From Laetmonice hystrix (Eukaryota), in NCBI GenBank assembly GCA_965235115.1, contig OZ249440.1, forward strand, positions 34,846,001 through 34,910,000: a stretch of DNA of 64,000 nucleotides. The letters are read 5' to 3'. The position numbers were made by a program, and so were the translations under genes. Under the pieces are notes generated by a model. That model was given only the letters and a program-made list of their open reading frames with translations, was not told where the DNA came from and made no database searches. Every line of letters starts with the position of its first letter. Position 1 is the first letter of the stretch. Below, piece after piece: positions 13,032 to 25,156 of this stretch.

Positions 13032-13204
13032 ACTCATGTCATTCCAACCATCCACAACTTCTGGCAGTATCTCCCTTCGGAACTCAGACAGCAACATGTT
13101 GAACCTTTTCTCAGTCACAGCTCTGTCACCCATTGTATTCTTCAGTTTTGCAACAATTTCTTTCACCCTGTCTGATGCACTCTTCTCTCCACCACACAGT
13201 GAGC
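13032..13204 (-). pseudogene. hAT-like transposase pseudogene, 5' part of the gene interrupted at 3651/13032
   Basis: IVAKLKNTMGDRAVTEKRFN...EVVDGWNDMS is homologous to ISSTLTDRVAVN of the inner transposase and joins in frame to 3651 across the TSD. Confidence 0.8.
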
Positions 13205-13312
13205 GACTCGAGACGCATGCGCAACGGCGCATTCCAGTAATATCCGCGTGGCGGCAGCACTGTCGCCCCGGTCCTCTCGACTGCACATTAGCATGACGTT
13301 ATATAGGACGAC

Positions 13313-13461
13313 GAAATGCTAATCTGTGGCAGGATGCCTTTAGACTATTTGTTATGAAAAATAATAACTCGATAGGCTCCGCCATGTTGAATAGCTTCTA
13401 AACGCACCATAATATTTCATAACAAATAGCAGTACGGCACCTAGCTACAGATTAGCATTTC
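13313..13461. repeat. ~150-bp imperfect palindrome (MITE-like)
   Basis: GAAATGCTAATCTGT pairs with ACAGATTAGCATTTC, and the inner CTATTTGTTATGAAA pairs with TTTCATAACAAATAG. Confidence 0.75.
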
Positions 13462-13569
13462 ATAGTCATACTAATGTGTAGCCATACGGGACTGAGGTGA
13501 TAGTGCTGCCGCCACGCGGAAAAGACGGGAACTCCATTATTTTGAGTCTCCCATTCACATATAGGCCTA

Positions 13570-14135
13570 TACAGGGGCAATTCCACGGTGACACACGTGA
13601 CATTTGCAGACTTTTGCCGACGTCCACAGAGTTAATAAAATGATGCTGGGTACTGACTGAACTCTTATGGGATACATATCTAGTCACTCTTTATACTTAC
13701 ACCCATTATAGTTTTGCAATGTGAATGAATTCTGAGAAAGGGGTCAAAATGTGTGGTAACACAGGTGACACTGATTTGGACACTTGTAACTTTTAACCAC
13801 CTCCAGTTTCATTCAAAAACTCTGTGAAGTGTGTTGGCCAATTTTAATTTTGCCAAAATGGGTATGTGATCAATGAAATGATCAATGAAATATGTGGTCA
13901 AATGAAGTAAAAAATAAAAGTTTTTTAAATTTTGGCAGTTACTGCGGTAACACACGTGACATGTCGGGTAACACACGTGGCGCTCTGTAAAATTAAAACA
14001 AGAACAGTCAAAATTATCAATTGCATCAACTTAAAAGAACATATCTTCAGAAAAGAGGCAATCATGGAAAGTCAGTCAAAAATATAATACTTTTTAAAAT
14101 GTTGGCAGTTTATTGCATGGTAACACATGTGACAT
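13570..14135. repeat. Probable DNA-transposon end with repeated GGTAACACACGTGAC motifs
   Basis: About five dispersed copies of GGT(A/G)ACACA(C/G/T)GTG(A/G)C in AT-rich sequence. No partner end was found. Confidence 0.5.
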
Positions 14136-15439
14136 ATCAACTCAACATATAATAGTATACTACTAGTATAATAAAAAATATTATTTATTTTATTTATATT
14201 TATATTGTGTGATTTCTGTTTTGCATACCTTTAAATTTCAAACCTACGGGTAGAATGCACTTTAAGGGTCGCTGGTCGCGCCAAAACGTGCATCACGTCA
14301 CACGTTCCATAGGAATTTATCTTGACAACAAGCCCCGCCCACTCAACTGGCCAACTGTCGTCGCTTCGAAATTTCAAACTAATATTAATGCCACTTCCAT
14401 TGTGCAAAATAAGCTCAACTTTCACATCCTGTATCCTTATACAGTACTTTACTAAACTTCTCCTTCAGATTAAGTTGAAACTTCGATATTAACAACATTC
14501 TCTTAACTTCAAATCACTCCGGCGACAAAGACATCCTTAAATCCAAGATGGCCGAGTAAACAAGGCCTGAACTGCCAGCAATGACGTCACAATATTCCTA
14601 CGCCATTCAAGTTTTGGAACTATGTTTTAGTAGTAAAGACTTGGGGCCTCGTCATGTTTTAGTAGTAAAGACTTGGGGCCTCGTCATGGCTGTTACGAAG
14701 ATTTCATGTGTATGAGTGGTCATTTCACCCATCATGTTTCAAATTATGCAATGAAATTCCTCATATTATTTAATACTGAGGGGGTGTGGGGGATTTCCCC
14801 CACTAAAATGTTGAAATCAAGGAATATATTATGCTGAAATATCAACAGAGGGGGTGTGGGGGATTCCCCCACCAAAAATTGAATATATGTGGCCATTTCA
14901 CCCATTACAAGCTGCACTGAAATTCCGAAATTCCTCATATTATTTAATACACACCAAAATGTTGAAATCAAGGGATACAATATTATGCATCAACAGAGGG
15001 GGATTCCCCCACCAAAATCTTGAATATAATATTGAAATCAAAATACCTGCTAGGCCTATTTCTATATATCATCATGATTAATAGTAAAATAGTAAAAATC
15101 AACTTACCTTCCTCTATTTAGAGGAACATATCCCCTGATGTGTCAGACTCAGAGCCGTCCATTTCAGGAAACATATCGACTGACACATTAGGGGAAGAGA
15201 AGAAGTAGCTTCACCTTTGGTTACATGGTGAGGTGAGCCTTGGGGGGGTTGATGAAATGGGTAGGGGGCTGAGGAGGGGAGAGGGCATGGCTGATGGGGT
15301 TGACAGGGGATTATGATTGATTGGGGAGGGAAGAGGGGGTGATGGAACTTGTCGAGGCGATGGAGGTGCTTGAAGGGGGGACAAGGGGAGTGGTTGGGAC
15401 AACTGAATAGGAGCAGGTGCTGGCAAATCAAGGGGGCGC

Positions 15440-15725
15440 AGGTTAGGGTTATAAATTTCTGAAACTAAATCTAAAAAGGCAAGAAACTTATCATTTTCGG
15501 AATTTAAGAAGCGCTTACGAAGTGCATACTCAAAGAAATAAGAAGTATAAAGTTGTTTTGGGGTGCCAGACTTAGGAAGAGAAGCTTTAGCCACATGGAC
15601 TCGATGGTGTTGGTGTGAGCCCCCGTGGTAGGGTCAACAAAATTCAAAGAATGGTTAACAGTTAAATGAACAAAACCTTGTTGGCTCAAAGAAGAATAAG
15701 CTTTTCAGCAATCTGAAATAATCAG
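15440..15725 (-). pseudogene. Merlin (IS1595/ISXO2-like) transposase C-terminal fragment
   Basis: [43 protein letters not shown], then frameshifted [10 protein letters not shown]...[11 protein letters not shown]. This is the characteristic HxTVNHS...HTNxIESxW signature. Confidence 0.85.
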
Positions 15726-16849
15726 AAAATCAGAAAACAAACATTTCTCACTAAACTGGTAGTGCTGGCCATGTGTAAAATACATTCATATATCAGCACA
15801 CATAATATCAGGTAAAAAGTTCATAGATGTCTGTCGTGCTTGGTTCAGGACAAGGTTTCTGCATGAAGTCTCTTGTCTTGTGTAGTCGTCAATGTCCCTG
15901 AGTGACTGAAGACTCTTGTGTAAAAACATGTACAAATTACAATGTCTGTGTTGAGACTCGAGAAGCTCGAGAAGTAGATGGGTTGAGACATCCACATATG
16001 GAGAATTTTCCAAAGTCTCTGTATGAAGACTCTTGAGTTGGGAAGTCGACTGGTTAAGAAGTCTTGAGTTGGGAAGTCGACCGGTTGAGACTTTCACAGG
16101 TAGAGGAGTTTAAAAGATGAGGAGCTGACATGTAGATAAGTTGACAGGTAAAAAAAAACCATTCAAAACGGTTTCACCAGTAGGGGACAAAAGGGGAATG
16201 GGACCTCCACCAGCGGTCCAAAGGTTCCAGGGCAATGTCGTCCTGACGGGGTTCAGCCATGGAGTTGACCCATTTTACGAGGGCGGCCTCGTGGCACCTT
16301 ACCTGGCCGCGCTCATACTAAAGCTGGTCTTTCCTAACCCTTAGAGCCTGATCAGCCTCCCGCCTCTGGCGTCGCTCCTCCAGATAACGCTCCTTCCATG
16401 CCACCGTCTCCCCAGCAGGTCGCACCATGGTCTCAGACTCTTTTAAAGCCGGGAGACTGGGTTTGACCACGGGGGGATAGGGCATGGAGAAACAAAATCC
16501 CCATTAACTTCCACCTCGCAGAATTGATGACGTTCCCCTCTCCCAAGGGCCCTCTGTACATGCGGTATTTAGGTCAACGCTAGACTAGAGGGAGATTCCC
16601 TTCCACACCCGGAAGTCACGTGATCACGCGTGATCATCGCCCGACCGCGGCCAACTCAAATATCCTGTGGGCCGCTCGCTAATTCTGAGCTACGTATTTG
16701 CCAGAGATTTGGCATATTTTCCTTACTAAATACTGGTCGCTGGGCCATAACAGTCTCACATGATGTTACTGGGAGTCCAAGGTATGCGAATCATATGTTT
16801 CTAAGACTGCCATAAATCGAAAAAAATGAATTTTACGACTCCCTTTAAT

Positions 16850-17592
16850 AACGGGACGTACACACTTCTTGGAGCAGGAAATAAAGCACAGTCCAAGCGC
16901 ACTGTCAACAACAAGTGAAGGTGCCACTTCCCAGCATAAACTGTTCTTGATTGAGGGCCAGTCTGGCCTCGCTCCCGCCAGCTGGGTAGAATCCGCCCGA
17001 AATGAAGTGAACTGCGGCACCTTTTTAGCAATGCAGTGGCTGGCTTGTACAAGGCGAGCTGTTCCCCACTGCAGGTCATCCACGAAGATGGAACATTCCA
17101 TGGGGCATCGGACAGTGGGGAAACTGTTCTCGTCCAACCAAAGCATAATGGGCACGATGAGGCAGTCGTTGAATACCGTCTTGAATTCACACAGTGACTC
17201 GGTCATGTCAGCAAAGACTGCCAGTACGTCCTAGACACGTTGGATGTCCTGTGCCATCTCAGGTTTGGACGCAGCCCACATTGCCCGCATATGAGACAGG
17301 CAACATCTCGACAAGCCGCACGCGATCATCATTGCGCAAAGAACCAGAGAATGCGGCACAGGCCCACGTCCTCTTCTTATTGACCTCAGTGTCTGGCAGC
17401 ATGTACTCATAGCACTGAGGACACACCCACGCGTTTGGGTCGCCAAGTCGACGGAAGTCGCCGTACTTCCTCTGACGTCTATCATCAGGAGGAGCCAAAC
17501 ATGGGATGGTGTAGTCCTCAGTGCTACCACGGTGGCACATAGGACACACATTGTCCCCCCTTGAAATGCTCCCTGACATCAACACCATCCAT
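16850..17592 (-). pseudogene. Decayed Cys-rich coding exon of unknown family
   Basis: TTTTCAG acceptor at 17593. Two consecutive frames give CPMC...CPQC and VFADMTESLCEF...FPTVRCPMEC, with one frameshift and one stop. Confidence 0.4.
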
Positions 17593-17749
17593 CTGAAAAG
17601 ACAATAAATCGAATATTCTACCCTAGGAACTGGGTATACTTGAATACATGTATATGAAAAGAGTCCACCACAAACCATTACAATTACATGTTGTAAGCAA
17701 ACAACTCACTTTTACTCAAAATCATAATATCATCACAGGTTGATGAACG

Positions 17750-18079
17750 GTGGATGAGGAATATGGTTGGTCAAACAATCTAACACAAACATGGCATCAA
17801 ACAATCCCCCCAAAAGAAAACTACTGAAACTAACGGACTCTGACTCGGACCGGTCTATGGAGAATGAACATTTGACGGAATGGCCTCGTTTCATCATTGT
17901 TGAATCGGCAGAAGCTGACCGACCAATATCTAAGCTATCCCCTTTTGCCATACATATTGGGGATAGCTGGAACAGTCAAATATTGTAAACGTTTGAGGTC
18001 TGGCCAACTGTTGGTGGAGTGTGACACGAAGGCCCAATCTGCGAACCTGCTTAGTGCTCCAGTACTTGCAGGTTACAGT
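17750..18079 (+). mobile_element. Fragment of LINE ORF1 (5' part)
   Basis: MASNNPPKRKLLKLTDS...EWPRFIIVES is nearly identical to the ORF1 start at 46259. It is frameshifted and truncated. Confidence 0.9.
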
Positions 18080-18439
18080 TGCAGGTCGCAGTTGCAGGTC
18101 GCAGGTTGAAGGGAACTTCCAGATCACTCTCCTAGAGCAGCTCCCCTGCATTTTTCAAATTCTAAGGTCTGCGGAACACAGAAGGAATCCAGCAAGCAGT
18201 TTCTCAAAGCGATCATCGCGTCTGTCTTGCTCTTGTTGCCTTATCTCATGCTGTTGTTCTCGTTGCTCATCCCTTTTTTGCTGTCGTTCTCCATTCTCTT
18301 TTCCATTGTTCTTCTCTTTGGCGATGTTCATCATCTCGATGTGCTTGATCTACTCGCCAGTGTTCCTCTCTTTGACGATTTTGGTCATTCTGACGTGATT
18401 GTTTTTCTCACCAATGTTCCTCTCTTATGACTCTTTCTT

Positions 18440-19620
18440 GCTGCCGCTGATCAACTGGTTGGAAATGTAGTCCATGAAAGGAATGATGGTAGCTGGGGTC
18501 TGCGCCGTAAGCTGGTCGAAGGCCGATGAAACGTGTTCTGCAGGGAGGTAGGGAAGGGAGAGGACCAGTTCGATCCGCCGGTATGGGGCGCCTTGCGAGA
18601 AATACAGCGGCTTGAGCCTGAGGCTGGCAATGCGGATCCCTGGACTACAGCTCGTAGCCCTGACCAAATCACTTGTTCGAAATCGGTCAGCACCTGTTGT
18701 ACCAGGTCTTGGCCTTTCCAAGGAGGTCTCATTGTTGCTGGGATGCAAAGATGATGTGTCTGGCATTCTTGTGCGTGACGTCTTTCTGGAGAATCCTTCT
18801 GGGATGCAGGCGAGGCGAAGCTGTAAACCAAATATAATCATGTAAAAATATAAACATTCATATATATCGGGACCTTTATAAAAAATCCTATACTATCTAT
18901 AATCAAAACCCTATAAAGTTGTCATGAACTATTATTACATGAGGAAATATTGATACTGGCATCATGAAATGATGATATAAATTAAGGGCCTTTTTACGTG
19001 TATCAAAATCAAGGGTTCTGGGGTTGGCCTGATCATGTTATCCGGAACAGGCCTGCTTCCACGTGGGAGAGAGGGGTCCTGTTGGCCGAGTACCTCACGG
19101 ACAATGGCAGGAGCCGGGAGTCATATGTCTGCTGCCGCACGTCTCTTAACTTCTTTGACCACCTTGACATACCTGCCAACCCTTCTGCATTCTGCGGAAT
19201 CTTTCCACATTTGAATGAGGTATTCCGCATTCCGCATTACTCTCTAAATATTACGGAATCATAAAATTGGAGATTCCCCCCAAAAACATGTTAAATCTCT
19301 CGCTCGTGGGAGAGTTTCACTGGCAAAAAGATCGTTTATGGTCCCTGCCATATAACTAGATTTCTAGACTACGTTTAGTAAATCAAGAGTTGTGCTTTCT
19401 GTCAGTAATGGAGAGGAGGAGAGAGGGAGGGATAAAATGCTGGCAGGTATGCCTTGATATTTGTGGCACTGCCTGAAACCGCTGGATGGTTGTGGTTGGA
19501 GAGGCCTGGTCGGAAGATGCCTTTGTCATCGATAACCGTTGCCCGACAGTTTGGTCCGTTGGCTTCTTGTGCAGCTTGCGCTGCCATTGTGTTCGATTCT
19601 TGGCTCGGTGCTGAAATAGA
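18440..19620 (-). pseudogene. FLYWCH/MULE (Mutator-like) transposase remnants
   Basis: NCRATVIDDKGIFRPGLSNHNHP (FLYWCH-type C...HNH), LTDFEQVIWSGLRAV (MULE DFE motif) and LSLPYLPAEHVSSAFDQL...FMDYI. Confidence 0.7.
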
Positions 19621-22511
19621 AAGGACATACAAACACCGAAACACTATGCTCGCTAAAAAGAAATGGTTCACCCAATAGGTAATCAGTATAAGGGCAACGT
19701 AACATAACATAACATAACTAGATAATATATTCATCCAATATAAAATTTGAGGGTAACCCAAACTACTTCATAACATAGGCTATATACCTTTACACAGTAA
19801 GCATGGCCCAGGTTGTCGACAAGGAGATCTCCTCGCCTAATAGGCTGGTTGGAGAACCCAGATTTTTAGTGAAAGTGGGAAAAAATTCCTATCAAAGCTT
19901 TCTTGGTGTCATTTGAAGCAGAATATCAATTTCGTTCTACCGGAGAGAGCAAAAGCAACCACCATGTCAAAATTATTCTATGCAATACTCTGCGTCCTGC
20001 TAGGGTGGTGGTCAAGCTCTATTCTTGTGGTAAGGTCACGAACGCAGGGGGTCAAAGGTCACACAAAAATAGGGGTTCCTAAAAAATAAACATATTCCGC
20101 CCTAACTCTAAACTTAATAAAGCTATGAATCTCCAAATTGGTATATTATTAGACGTCCGAGGGGGCTTTCCAGAAAAATATAATTTGTTGACCTTTGACC
20201 CCAAGGTCAAGGTCATTTGAACCAAAACCTAGGAGATGACCTTGTAGCTCCCCTGTAATATAAAGTACATTTTTAAATTTACAGCTTTATACTAGCAACG
20301 CGAATCCACTACCAGTGAGCAGGGGACCGATTTTGACGTTACAACCAGGAATGCATGCTAGCTTCAGACAACAGTCATGTCCCCAAATAAACCCATGTAC
20401 CTTACCTCAAATCTAATCTAATCGTAACATAATAAGCATGGATAGAATCCACAGAGAATTTCCAATCTATTCATGGTACTTTTATGGTAATTTATTTAGT
20501 TTTAGATGAGGTTACAGCGAGTTAAACGCAGTGGTTCACTCAGACTCAAGCGCGGTGACCGCAGTCGCGGAACACTCACTCGGCCCCCTCAGAGCAAAAG
20601 TACTGTGTGCCTCTTCATGATTGCCGGGTAGTTCTGCAGCTAGGATCTTAATGGTTTAAATATAGCCAATCAGAGGACAGTATGAGCTTCACGCCGGTCG
20701 TCGAACGAAGTACATCCGCCCATGGGAAGGTTGTCTGCAGAAGTTGTCAAGATTTCAACTGATGGCCCCCCAGAGATGAAACAAGACACATACTAAGTTC
20801 GCATACCTTTAGAAAGCCCAATATCTTTTCTATCTGAACATGTTTTCCAATAATTTGTACATCAAGTATTGACTGCAGCAGAGAGACTTAATCCGGCCGC
20901 CGCGCTCAGCGTCCTTAGCGACGCGTGTGCCAGTGCGGTGCACGCTGCCGACTGAGACAGTGAGAGCGGCAGTGGCAGCGCCATGCATGCACAGATGCAC
21001 TCAGTCAGCGCCAGCAGCTGGGGTAGGGAGAATCCAGCAAATTTGCGGAGGGTGTGTGTTCAAAACAGGATTTTAATGTATCCTGATGGAATATAATAGC
21101 GGGCCTAGTCTGATCTTGATTGTTGGCTGTCTCACTCAGACCAGCTCACGTTTAACTTAGGCCTTGGGCTTAGCCTTGGGCCCGGGGGGGGGGGGGGGGA
21201 GGGGCTCAAGCCGTGGAAGAAAGTCAGAGCCTGAGGGATTTGCACAGTTCCTACCCACCAAATTTCAGACTTCTGGTAATTTAGGAATCCCATGCCTGTT
21301 GTGCACAGCTATGACTGTTCTCAAATTTTGAAATTGATCAGAAATGATTGACATGTCATGTCAGGACAGGAGTTGGAGAATGATGAACTGAGGGGAAATG
21401 AAAAACTGTAGGCCCTATGAAATGCAAATTATTATATATGTTAATATATGCAAATTAGTTATGATTTATTCATATGAGGTTAATTTCATTTGATAGCACT
21501 GCAAAAACCTGTGCTGCAGTTTTAATTTAAAGGAGATACTGTTCAAATTCCCCATTTAACTGACCGGATTACAATGAATTCCTGGTCAGCATCTGTTATT
21601 TCACATAATTTATGCAAATTAGCTCATTTTCACTAACATTTTTGAAATCCTCATATGTAAAAACCTATGTAAGCAAAGATTCAGAATGATATAATAAAAA
21701 ATTCAGATATGTTAAAGATAAACACCAAAAAATGTGTTTTTTCAGGGTCCATCAGACCAGACAGGCCTCCATTCGTTTATCATTGTCTCAGATCCAGAAA
21801 ATGATCTCCAAGCCCATTGGAAATAAATTCACGCTTTTGGTTATATTTTCGTTAATATTCAGAATATCGACATAATTCAAAAAGATTTGAGCTCTGTGTC
21901 ACTAGCCCTGTCCACACAGACAATAGAAAGACTGGAAAGTGGATATGAAATTTTGCATTCTCGTTGCTACTTTATACATGGGTAATTATTATCATATATA
22001 TACTTTCCTGAAATTGAGGGGTTTATTCAAAAAGGCTCATAGAATGCATGATATACTGAATGGGTGATATGCAAAACTTATCTCACTAGCAGAGTGAAAC
22101 AAAACACAACCTATGTGTTGTTTGACAAGCCCAATAATATTAAAGTAACTTGTCTAATTTAGCTTGAGTTTTCTTGAAAACCAGGATGTACATGTACTTT
22201 TGCTTACTTACCACTAGTCAGGTTGGCCCATATTTGACTATTGTTTAGGATACGTTGGTCATGTGTGGCCCCTGGCCACCTGGCCACGACATCAGCGATG
22301 ACGAAGTTGTATGTGCAGACCCTCTATAGAAACAGAAAAATTCAAAATCATTCCCTTCCTGACATAATAATATAGTCATGAGCTAGATGTACTTTATAGT
22401 CATTGAGAAATTTTAAAGCTTCCATGAGAGTCTGTTTATTAAATTGAGGCTGGAATTTCTAAACGGTTGCGTATTGGAAAAATAGCTGTCCTAAAACTGT
22501 AACATATTATC

Positions 22512-22802
22512 CAGGGTTCGCAGACTCCTGGAAACTCCTGGAAAGTCCTGGAAAATCAAAAATCCGTTTTCCAGTACTGGAAAGTCCTGGAAAACCAGTC
22601 AGACTCCTGGAAACTCCTGGAAAAATCATAAAATGCTTTGGAACAACATAATGCTTGGGTTCTGTTTTGCTCTTTATTGCATTTAAAAATCACTGAAAAG
22701 TAATAAGTATTAGAACTTAAGTCCTGGAAAACTGCGATTTTATCCTGGAAAACTCCTGGAAAACTCCTGGAATTTTGGTTTCCTCTAACTCTACGAACCA
22801 TG
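22512..22802. mobile_element. 291-bp hAT-type MITE with 5-bp TSD
   Basis: Imperfect TIRs CAGGGTTCGCAGA and TCTACGAACCATG. TTATC on both sides (22507-22511, 22803-22807). Many internal TCCTGGAA repeats. Confidence 0.75.
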
Positions 22803-23192
22803 TTATCCAATCTGAATGGTTTGACTTGGACATACTGCCTCATAACCCAAATAAATTTTTCTACATTGGGTATAACTATTAAAAATCCATCGAATGTATG
22901 ATGTGATAGACAGTTGTGGGCGTCCATCTGTCGGATGGTTTTCATTGAAATAAATCATTAAACATGCATTGTGTCAGTGTCCTGTCTTTAATTACAATAT
23001 ATAAGGAATACATAATAATAGTTATACATTGTACCTGTACATTTATGGTGTACCACCCCTTCCTATTACGGTACACCCAGTAGTTTGGGACAGAGGGTCT
23101 CAGAATGGGTATTTGCGTGCCGTCAATACACCCGATGACGTCTGGAAATCCTGTTTGATTGAAAAGATTACCTCATTTTAATATTAACATTA

Positions 23193-23571
23193 GGCAAAAA
23201 AAAAAAGTTTCGTTTCTTGTCCTTTCATATGAAAAAATTGGTGCGGTGACACGTTTTTTTTTCCATCTTTCTTTTTTTGGGGGATGCAACTAGACAACGG
23301 CCGATTCTTCGAATGCAATTGCTGTTGGGTACATAAATCTTGAAGAAAAGACTAATGCAATGATGTTCAATGTTTTAGAATGTGTAAAACTCACATAAAA
23401 TCAAAAAGACTAACAGAAAAACGCCAACGCCAAAGAACCGTTGCAACGTTCTGTCACATCGCTACACTGCCCACCATATGAAGTAGTCGGATGTGAAATA
23501 ATAAGACTTGACGCGGGGGGTTTTAGGTGACGCGCGCGGGGACAAGAAACGAATCTTTTTTTTTTTTGGCC
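23193..23571. mobile_element. Harbinger/PIF-like MITE
   Basis: TIRs GGC(A)nGTTTCGTTTCTTGTCC and GGACAAGAAACGAATC(T)nGGCC, flanked by TTA on both sides. Confidence 0.7.
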
Positions 23572-25156
23572 TTACCTCAGGTGGAGTGCGGGAGTTATCT
23601 TAATCTAGTAAGACAACTGGTTAAGCATGCGCTTTTCAGTTTAGATAACATTCAAAATTGCTTTGACGAAATTTAAAATATGGGTTTATAATAGATTGTC
23701 TGACTTTCCCACAAGTAGGAAAAGTTAGGTCTACTCAGGTCTTTATTACATTTTCTTGTCGGCAGGTTACATACATATGAAGTTTAAATGCCCATTTCTT
23801 GTCTTTACAACTTGTCTAAGACAATCTTCCACTTTTCAAATATATGCATTGTTTGGTTGATTTTACATATGTATTCTTCAGTAAGCAGACTTTCTTTGTA
23901 AGTGACTAGGAAGGTATATATGTCGTAGAGACCTTTTCCATGGGTTCTTTGCTGGTATATATATTGCTTGGCATGCAACATAATATTGTTGAATACAATA
24001 TACAAATTGTTTGTCAAATGAGGATACCCAAAGATAATTGTTTCTTCTTCAATACTGGGGAAATTGGTACCCGTGGCATACAGCCACCAGGTGGCTAGTT
24101 TTTCCCAAAAGTCAAGTACATTAGGACAGTAGATAATTGCATTTTCGCAATAATTGCATTTACCTGACTGTATTACTTTTTTATCTGCTAACCATTTGTT
24201 ACAGGCAAGAAAACGGTGGTTAATCTTATACTGTAGAGCGTGCAACCGAGTAGAGCGCTCCACAGTGTAAGGTAACTTAAAAATAATTTTCCATAAATGG
24301 TCATGTTCCACTAACATAGGGTAGGTCTGTCTCCACTTGAAGATCGCGCTGGGTACTTTGCTTGGAATAAATTGCCGATATATAAAGTTACTAGTGACAT
24401 TTTCCAGTGGTATTTTCTGTCCTTCCTTAATAATAATACACTCTCTATAAATCTCGGGGACTCTGCCATACTCAATCATACATTGTTTCCAATTTACCGG
24501 TATCGCTGCTCTCAGTTGTAGGTTTTCCAAAAAGTTTGTTTTTACACCGTACTTTAGTTCTATTTCTTCCTGCCCCAACAGTTCTCCCTTGTCATTTAAG
24601 ATATCACCTATATAAATAATACCAGCATCAAGCCATCTTTTCCACGTAATTGTTTTGTTGTTAATAGTGATATTGGTATTATTCCATATTACTTGATTTA
24701 CAATGTTGATTGGTTCATTGCACTCCCTCATTTTCCACCATATTTCTAACACCTCTTTATAAAACGTACTGACATTTTGATGATATTTGCCAGGCCTCAT
24801 TTGTAGGCCTAACTTTAAATTGTCCATCTTTATAAGTGCACCTGCCACCTCCGCCCAGGCTTGGTGTTCAGATTCATATAACCTTTTAATCCACATTATC
24901 TTTGCAGCAGACACTTTGCCTTTCAAATCCGTCAGTCCTAGTCCCCCCTTCTCAATTGGAAGGATTAGTGTATCATACGCAACCTTACTAGGTTTGTTAT
25001 CCCATATAAAGTGAGTACATAGCTGTTTAAATTCTTTAAAGACTCTTTCTGGAACATGGGTAATTCCACCTACATATAACAGCTGTGTTGCTGCTAGATT
25101 ATTTATTACAGTTACTTTACCCTTTATCGATAGATTCCTCATCCTCCACACTTTAA

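Noticed and set aside
18120..18430. Gln/Glu/Arg-rich coiled-coil on the minus strand, gag-like
   Set aside because: Low complexity and frameshifted, so it cannot be assigned to a family.
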